Below are positions 57,627 to 64,000 of a stretch of 64,000 nt of DNA, piece by piece (position 1 is the stretch's first letter; every line of letters starts with the position of its first letter). The stretch comes from Vicinamibacteria bacterium. Its GTDB lineage: Bacteria; Acidobacteriota; Vicinamibacteria; Marinacidobacterales; Marinacidobacteraceae. Where the stretch lies: contig CAXXLQ010000004.1 in the NCBI GenBank assembly GCA_963668695.2, positions 416,001-480,000 of the forward strand, read 5' to 3'. Below the pieces are notes generated by a model, which saw nothing but the letters and a program-made list of their open reading frames with translations, made no database searches and was not told where the DNA came from. A program made the position numbers and the translations under genes.

Positions 57627-59429
57627 ATGGTGGAGCGGGAGGCGTTTCGGGAGCAGGTTCGCGAATCGAGCGACATCGTCGACGTGATCGGGGAGGCGGT
57701 GGCGCTTCGCCCGGCGGGACCCGGGCGCTACACCGGGCTGTGCCCGTTCCACAACGAGACGGCCCCGTCCTTCCACGTCAACGCGGAACGCGGTTTCTTC
57801 CACTGTTTCGGCTGCAAGGAGAGCGGTGACGTCTTCGGTTACCTGATGAAGCGCGAAGGCCTCTCCTTTCCCGAGGCTCTCCATCAACTGGCGCGTCGCG
57901 CCGGGATCCCGATTCCCGAAGCCGACCCCAGGAAGGCCTCCCGCGACGAGAAGCTTCGGGCCGCCAACCGGAAAGCGCTCGACTACTACCAGCGCGCCCT
58001 GCGGAGCGAGGCCGGCGCCCGGGCGCGCGCCTATCTCAAGAAACGTGACATCACCCAAAGCACGATCACCGAGCACGGCCTGGGATTCGCCCCGGACCGC
58101 TGGGACGACCTCACGACCACCCTCGAAAAGTCCGGGATCACCCGCGCGACCCTGATCGAAGCGGGACTCACGCGGGAGGCCCCCCGCGGCGGACACCGGG
58201 ACTTCTTCCGGAGCCGCCTCATCGTTCCCATCCTTGACGGCCAGGGGCGTGCCGCCGGCTTTGCCGGCCGGAGCCTCGACGGGTCGGAGCCGAAGTACAT
58301 CAACAGTCCCGACACCCCCGTGTATCGGAAGCGTTCCGTCCTTTACGGCTTGCATCGGGCGCGAAGCGCCATCCGCCGCGAGCGCACCGCCATCCTGTTC
58401 GAGGGGTATTTCGATTGCCTGTCGGCCTGGCAGGCGGGAATTGCGGGTGCGGTGGCCGTGTGCGGCACCGCCCTGACGCCGGAGCACGCGAAGCTGTTGG
58501 CGTCCCAGGCTCGCGACATCGTGCTCGCCTTCGACGCCGACGCGGGGGGAAGACGCGCCACCCTCGCGAGCCTGCCGATCCTCCTCGAGGCGCAGCTCCG
58601 GGTGCGGGTGGCTCCCCTTTCCGGCGGGCGCGACCCTGACGACGTCATCCGCGAAGAAGGCGCCGCCAACTTTCGGGAGGCGATCCGGACGGCTCCGGCG
58701 TTCGTGGAGTTCCTCGTCCACGAGGCGCTCCAGCGAGCCCATTCCGCCGCCGGCGGCGGCCGGGCGGCGGCGGCCCGGGAGGTCATCGAGATCATCGCCC
58801 GGGCGCCAAGCCCCCTCGACCGGGAGGAATGGCTCGGCGAAGCGGCCGGGCCGCTCGGCTTCTCGCTGGAGAGCGCCCGGGAAGAGATGGCGCGGCTCCG
58901 GGGCCGGGCCCGGGGCGGAAGGCCGCGGGCCCAGGATGGCGGGCCGCCCGGCGGGCCGCCCCCTCCAGCCCCGCCCCGGAGGTCACCCACCCCCGCCGAG
59001 CGGGACCTGATCCGCTGGGCGGATGCCAGACCCGACGAGGTCGCGGACCTCCTCCGGCAAGCGGCGCCGGGGGAACTCGAGGGCCTCGCGAGTTCGTCGA
59101 TCCTGCTGGATCTGAAGCAGGCGGCGGACGCCGGCGGCGCCCGGGTCGCCGGCCGGCTCAAGGAACTGGCCGCCGAAGCGTCCGACCGGCAGCGCCTCCT
59201 GATCGAGATCCAGATGGAGCCCGTGGGCCTCAACACCGAAAAGCAGCGTCCGAAGGACTGCCTCGACGCGCTGAGGGTCTTGAGGCTCCGGCAGCAGCAG
59301 GCAAACCTCCGCTCAGCCGCCCGCGGCAGTGGCGACGAAGCCCTCGACGCCCTGTCGAAGTTACAGCGCGTCAGCGAGGAGATTGACCGGCTCCAGGAAG
59401 CCTTGCCGCCGGAGAGCCACCAGGGCTGA
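57627..59429 (+). CDS. dnaG: DNA primase
   Basis: GLCPFHNE...FHCFGC, FRSRLIVPI, KYINSPDT, EGYFD, FDADAGG, DPDD. Confidence 0.95.
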   Translation: MVEREAFREQVRESSDIVDVIGEAVALRPAGPGRYTGLCPFHNETAPSFHVNAERGFFHCFGCKESGDVFGYLMKREGLSFPEALHQLARRAGIPIPEADPRKASRDEKLRAANRKALDYYQRALRSEAGARARAYLKKRDITQSTITEHGLGFAPDRWDDLTTTLEKSGITRATLIEAGLTREAPRGGHRDFFRSRLIVPILDGQGRAAGFAGRSLDGSEPKYINSPDTPVYRKRSVLYGLHRARSAIRRERTAILFEGYFDCLSAWQAGIAGAVAVCGTALTPEHAKLLASQARDIVLAFDADAGGRRATLASLPILLEAQLRVRVAPLSGGRDPDDVIREEGAANFREAIRTAPAFVEFLVHEALQRAHSAAGGGRAAAAREVIEIIARAPSPLDREEWLGEAAGPLGFSLESAREEMARLRGRARGGRPRAQDGGPPGGPPPPAPPRRSPTPAERDLIRWADARPDEVADLLRQAAPGELEGLASSSILLDLKQAADAGGARVAGRLKELAAEASDRQRLLIEIQMEPVGLNTEKQRPKDCLDALRVLRLRQQQANLRSAARGSGDEALDALSKLQRVSEEIDRLQEALPPESHQG

Positions 59430-59803
59430 CCCCCCACGCAGGTTCGGCTCTGACGGGTGACAGCTTTGTACATGCTAGAGTGCCCGGTTGCTGTTTAGCG
59501 TTGCCCGGTCGGCAGTCGCGCGGGCTGGACGCCGGACAGACTCGAACTTGCGCGCGCCTGCTGTCCGTTCCCGCCGGGAATTTCCTGTCCAGAGAGTTGG
59601 CGGGACTTTTTCGTCCGATAGCGCGACAGGCTCAATGCGAACAGGCCCGATGCGAAGGCCGGCGAACCCTCATTCGCCGGCCTCACCCCACCTTGCCCGT
59701 GCGGAGCCGGAACTGACACGACCGGCGCCCTTCCTCTTTCGGCGGTACCCCAAGCCGGTAGCGCACACCGTCTGAGGATCGAGATTCGCCCGGAGGATTA
59801 ACC

Positions 59804-61552
59804 ATGGAACACGCGGAAACCCCCGGGTTCGACCTGGAGCTGCTCCGTGATTTCGGAGTCGAAGCCCAGACCGACGAGGTCAAGGCGCTCGTCGCGCTCG
59901 GAAAAGACCGCGGCTATCTGCTCACCGAAGAGGTTCAGGAAGCCTGGGGCGACGACCCTCCCGAGGAGTTTCTCGAAAGCCTGACCGAATGGGGTATCCC
60001 GATCTTCGAGTCCGAAGTGGAATACGAGAAATCCCGGGACGAAAGCGGCGCCAACCTCGACCTGACCCCGAGCGCCATCGAGCGCACCAACGACCCGGTG
60101 CGGATGTATCTCCGCGAAATGGGCGTGGTTCCGCTGCTCGACCGGGAGGGTGAAGTCCGGATCTCGAAGCGCATCGAGCGCGGGAAGAACCGCTCCAAGC
60201 GGGCGATCACCAGACGGCTCTACATCATCAATCAACTGCTTGAGGGCTTCCAGCCACAGATCGAGGCCGACACCATGCAGCTTCGGGAGAACTTCGAGGT
60301 TGCCGAGGGCGGGACCACGATCCGCCACGACCAGCATCGCGAACGGATCCTCGCGGCGATCTCCAGGCTGGAAGTGTCCTACAAGCTGTATCGAAGGCGC
60401 GTGTCTCTGCTTCGAAAAGCGGCCCGCCGCACCCGTGACTATCGGCGCCGGGCAAACGCCGCCGCACGCACGCGTATCGAGATGAGCCATGTCATCTGGA
60501 CCATGCGTCCGACCGACGGCCTGCTCAGCCGCTGGATGGAGGAACTCAAGGGCCTTTGCGAAGACGCGGGCCGGGCGACGTGTGAACTCGATGTTTGCGC
60601 CGCTCTCCGGAGGGAGATCGACGCTTCCGAAGACGCGACGGCCGAAGACAAGACCGCACTCCGCCGCGACGTGATGCGGCGACAGCGCGAAGCCCAGGGC
60701 AGGCTCGACGGCGCTGGCCACGTCATGCCCGAATTCGGCACCACCAAGAAGATCAAGTCGGCACGGCTGGAAGTGCTGCCGGAGCTCGAAGCCGCCGTCG
60801 CCGACATCGACCTTGGCGAGGAACGCGCCCAACTGGCAAAGCAGGACCTCGTGCAGGCCAACCTGCGGCTCGTCGTTTCCATCGCCAAGAAGTACACGAA
60901 CCGCGGGCTCCAGTTCCTGGATCTCATCCAGGAGGGCAACATCGGCCTCATGAAGGCGGTGGACAAGTTCGAGTACCGCCGCGGCTACAAGTTTTCGACC
61001 TACGCCACCTGGTGGATCCGCCAGGCCATCACCCGCGCGATCGCGGACCAGGCTCGGACGATCCGAATCCCGGTGCACATGCACGAGACCATCAACAAGC
61101 TGCACCGGACCCAGCGGAGCTTGGTACAGGAGCTCGGCCGCGAACCGCGTCAGGAGGAAATCGCGGACCGGATGGGCATGACGCCGTCCAAGGTCCGGAA
61201 GGTCATGAAGATCGCCCAGGAACCGATCTCGCTCGAGACCCCGATCGGCGAGGACGACGACGGCCATCTCGGTGACTTCATCAAGGATCCGAACGCCCCC
61301 TCACCGCAGGAGCTCGTCATCAACAAGCGGCTTCAGGAAACCATCGAAGCCGTGTTGAAGACCCTCACCCCGCGCGAAGAAGCCGTCCTCGAAAGCCGGT
61401 TCGGCCTCGGAGGACTCCAGGAAAAGACTCTCGAAGAGGTCGGAAAACAGTTCGAGGTAACCCGCGAGCGCATTCGGCAGATCGAGACGAAGTCCATCCG
61501 CAAACTGCGTCACCCGGCGCGTGCCCGCAAACTGCGGCAATTCTCCGAATGA
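59804..61552 (+). CDS. rpoD: RNA polymerase primary sigma factor
   Basis: [59 protein letters not shown]. Confidence 0.96.
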   Translation: MEHAETPGFDLELLRDFGVEAQTDEVKALVALGKDRGYLLTEEVQEAWGDDPPEEFLESLTEWGIPIFESEVEYEKSRDESGANLDLTPSAIERTNDPVRMYLREMGVVPLLDREGEVRISKRIERGKNRSKRAITRRLYIINQLLEGFQPQIEADTMQLRENFEVAEGGTTIRHDQHRERILAAISRLEVSYKLYRRRVSLLRKAARRTRDYRRRANAAARTRIEMSHVIWTMRPTDGLLSRWMEELKGLCEDAGRATCELDVCAALRREIDASEDATAEDKTALRRDVMRRQREAQGRLDGAGHVMPEFGTTKKIKSARLEVLPELEAAVADIDLGEERAQLAKQDLVQANLRLVVSIAKKYTNRGLQFLDLIQEGNIGLMKAVDKFEYRRGYKFSTYATWWIRQAITRAIADQARTIRIPVHMHETINKLHRTQRSLVQELGREPRQEEIADRMGMTPSKVRKVMKIAQEPISLETPIGEDDDGHLGDFIKDPNAPSPQELVINKRLQETIEAVLKTLTPREEAVLESRFGLGGLQEKTLEEVGKQFEVTRERIRQIETKSIRKLRHPARARKLRQFSE

Positions 61553-61559
61553 TCCCGAG

Positions 61560-61756
61560 CAGCCTGTGGACAAAGTCACATGGCGTTCGGCGCGCGATCC
61601 ATCCCGGCGGAACCGCCCCCCCACCGGGAGAACTGGCGCTTCGCACCGCTCGGCGTTGCGCTTCGGTCGAAATACGCCCGGTATTCCTCCCTCGCGCGCC
61701 TTGTCCGCCTGGCGCCTCCCGCGCCTCGGCGCTCACGCGACTTTGTCCACAGACTA
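61560..61756. mobile_element. MITE copy H (core plus one 20-mer)
   Basis: CAGCCTGTGGACAAAGTC / GACTTTGTCCACAGACTA; 197 bp. Confidence 0.85.
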
Positions 61757-61779
61757 CTCAGCGGCCCCTTCGATCGGCC

Positions 61780-61852
61780 GGGCCCATAGCTCAGTGGTTA
61801 GAGCGGCCGGCTCATAACCGGTTGGTCCCAGGTTCGAGTCCTGGTGGGCCCA
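61780..61852 (+). tRNA. tRNA with CAT anticodon, probably tRNA-Ile2 (elongator Met not excluded)
   Basis: GGGCCCA/TGGGCCC acceptor stem, GCCGG-CTCATAA-CCGGT, GGTTCGAGTCC; G1-C72 pair excludes the initiator; downstream of rpoD; CCA not encoded. Confidence 0.92.
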
Positions 61853-61939
61853 CCGGCCGCAGTTTCACCGGAGTCCGCGGGTCGTCCGTCCGGTTGCTCC
61901 GCATCGCGCGTAGCGCGCCTCCCGAGAGGGGCTGACACA

Positions 61940-62677
61940 GTGCTCCCCGAGCTCGCGACGCTCCGGGAAGTTCAGGGCTTCGATATACGGCTCGGCGCCT
62001 ACGATCGGGAACTCGCGCAGGCTCCCCGCACCCTGAAGGGCATCGACGCCGAGATCGAGGCGGCCAAATCCCGCGTGATGGCGGTGGAGGAGGAACTCAA
62101 GGAGACGGGGGCCGAACGGCGGCGGGCCGAGACCGAACTCGAAGAAGCCGAGGCGAACCTCGACAAGTACGAAGACCAGCTGCTCGGAGCGCGCAGCAAC
62201 GTCGAATACAAGGGACTGCAACAGCAGATCGCCAGCACGAAGACGAGAATCGGGACGATCGAAGACCGGATCCTCGAGCTCATGGAGAAGGCCGACGAGT
62301 TGGAAAAGAAGCTGGCCGACCGCAAACGGACGTTTCATGATCGGGGTGCCGTGCTGGAAACGCGAAAGACCGAGATTCGGTCCCACGCCCGGCAACAGGA
62401 AGACAAACGGGATCAGCTTCGCCAGCGGCGCGCGGCGGCCTTTACCGGTCTTTCCGAGGAGATCGCGTTCCGCTACGAGCGAATCCGCGGGGCACGCCGC
62501 GGTATTGCGGTGGCGCCCGTGAGGGATGAGCGCTGCACCGGGTGCAACGTGCGCTTACGGCCCCAGCTCCTTGAGGAAATGCACGTGGGACGCTCGATCC
62601 TGGCCTGCGAGACCTGCGCCCGCATCCTGTTCCTGGAACGGTCACCGGCCCCACCGGCCCCACGGGCCCCTGCATGA
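61940..62677 (+). CDS. coiled-coil protein with C4 zinc ribbon (DUF164-like)
   Basis: Long coiled coil, YERIR, CTGCNVRLRPQ, CETCARIL. Confidence 0.88.
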   Translation: MLPELATLREVQGFDIRLGAYDRELAQAPRTLKGIDAEIEAAKSRVMAVEEELKETGAERRRAETELEEAEANLDKYEDQLLGARSNVEYKGLQQQIASTKTRIGTIEDRILELMEKADELEKKLADRKRTFHDRGAVLETRKTEIRSHARQQEDKRDQLRQRRAAAFTGLSEEIAFRYERIRGARRGIAVAPVRDERCTGCNVRLRPQLLEEMHVGRSILACETCARILFLERSPAPPAPRAPA

Positions 62678-64000
62678 GCCGGCTTCTGAGGGAGCGGGCC
62701 GAGAAAAGGCGCGCTCGGGAAACCTGGCTTGAAGACGCGGACGCCGGCCTGGGGGTTCCGCCTGCAAGCGATACCCAACGGGGACTCCGGGTCGCCGTCG
62801 GCTACCCCAATCGTTACGCGCTCGGGATGTCCAACGTGGGCTTTCAGGCCGTCCATCGCTTCTTTCATCTGTTGCCGGACACGGCGAGCGAGCGGTTCTT
62901 CCTTCCCGACCGGGCCGAAATGGACGAATACCGGAGGACCGGGCTTCCTCTGCGTACGCTCGAGAGCGGGAGTCCCGTCCGGGGTTTCGATGTGGTGGCG
63001 TTTTCGATCACCTTCGAACCCGACCTCATCCACCTCGTCGAGATGCTGCAACTCGCCGGCATCCCCCCGTTGGCGGCGGATCGCAGCGCCCGGGACCCAC
63101 TGGTCATCGCCGGCGGGCCGGTCACGTTCCTGAACCCCGAGCCCCTCGCCCCGTTCATCGACGCCTTCGGAGTCGGAGAGGCGGAGGCGCTGCTTCCGAC
63201 CCTCAGCGGGATCCTGCAAGCGGAGACCCGGGACCAGCGCCTCCGAGGTTTTGCCGAAGAATCCGGGTTCTACGTACCGGCCACCCACGAGGTCGAGTAC
63301 GCGCCGGAAGGGCAAGTGCTCAGCCGCCGCGTCCAGGGTGCGCCGCGGGTGGTGCGGGCCCGCATGGGCAAGGATGCGCGGTTCCCGCCTCCGGCCACCT
63401 ACATCCTCACCCAGGACACCGAGATGTCGGACAAGTTCCTGGTCGAGGTATCGCGCGGCTGCCCCACGCTCTGCCGGTTCTGCTGGGCCGGCTACAACTA
63501 TCTGCCGAAGCGTTCCTTCGACGTGGAGCGTCTGCTGGCGCTGGCCCGCATGGCTCGCCCTCACACCGACCGGATCGGGCTGGTTTCCACCGCGGTGGGC
63601 GCGCACCGCGAAATCGTCCCGCTGGTTTCGGATCTCCGGGATCAGCGATTCCGGGTCAGCGTTTCCTCCATTCGCTTCGAGGATGTCCGCGACGAGTTCG
63701 TCCGGCCGCTCGCCGAGAGCGGGGAGCGCACCGTCGCCATCGCCCCCGAGGTCGGCACCGACCGGCTGCGGAAAGCGATCCACAAGCGGGTCACGAACGA
63801 CGAGATCCTGGACAAGACGAAGATCTTGCTCGACGCGGGAATCGAGAACCTGAAGCTCTACCTGATGGTGGGGCTGCCGGGGGAAACCGACACCGACGTG
63901 GAAGCCATCGTCCCGCTGGTGCGCCGCATCCGCGACCTCGTGCGGGCGAAACGGCGCGGCGGCCGCACCATTGCAAGCGTCAACCCCTTCATCCCGAAGC
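62674..64000 (+). CDS. radical SAM protein, 3' end outside window
   Basis: ATG at 62674, YPNRYALGMSNVG, IAGGP..LNPEP, EVSRGCPTLCRFC (CxxxCxxC), LKLYLMVGLPGE. Confidence 0.88.
   Translation, partial: MSRLLRERAEKRRARETWLEDADAGLGVPPASDTQRGLRVAVGYPNRYALGMSNVGFQAVHRFFHLLPDTASERFFLPDRAEMDEYRRTGLPLRTLESGSPVRGFDVVAFSITFEPDLIHLVEMLQLAGIPPLAADRSARDPLVIAGGPVTFLNPEPLAPFIDAFGVGEAEALLPTLSGILQAETRDQRLRGFAEESGFYVPATHEVEYAPEGQVLSRRVQGAPRVVRARMGKDARFPPPATYILTQDTEMSDKFLVEVSRGCPTLCRFCWAGYNYLPKRSFDVERLLALARMARPHTDRIGLVSTAVGAHREIVPLVSDLRDQRFRVSVSSIRFEDVRDEFVRPLAESGERTVAIAPEVGTDRLRKAIHKRVTNDEILDKTKILLDAGIENLKLYLMVGLPGETDTDVEAIVPLVRRIRDLVRAKRRGGRTIASVNPFIPK

Noticed and set aside
2721-61756. Integron attC sites
   Set aside because: The repeats have transposon-like TIRs and YTAR flanks rather than RYYYAAC/GTTRRRY boxes. 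No intI gene.

Overview
High-GC bacterial chromosomal window. The gene content suggests an Acidobacteriota-like organism, possibly host-associated, but this is inference only. Core genes (tmk, holB, smpB, a gspF/pseudopilin cluster, larB, dnaG-rpoD-tRNA(CAT)) are interspersed with many secreted hydrolases, four tandem paralogues of a secreted Ig-like/beta-propeller protein, toxin-antitoxin modules and defence-type ATPase/nuclease genes. The strongest signals are non-coding. (1) A 179-bp MITE family and REP-like hairpins are repeatedly interrupted, at many different positions, by one fixed 20-bp sequence (GCCCCCACCGGGAGAACTGG; 15 copies, none inside a CDS). (2) A 1.8-kb double minisatellite with helically phased 21/32/53-bp periods runs into an IS21-like end and a wHTH domain. 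(3) Accessory genes are flanked by short 'ghost' copies of neighbouring genes (smpB, the abgB leader, the wHTH tail) whose best-aligned segments differ mainly at synonymous or conservative positions. Family assignments come from recognised motifs, not database searches.
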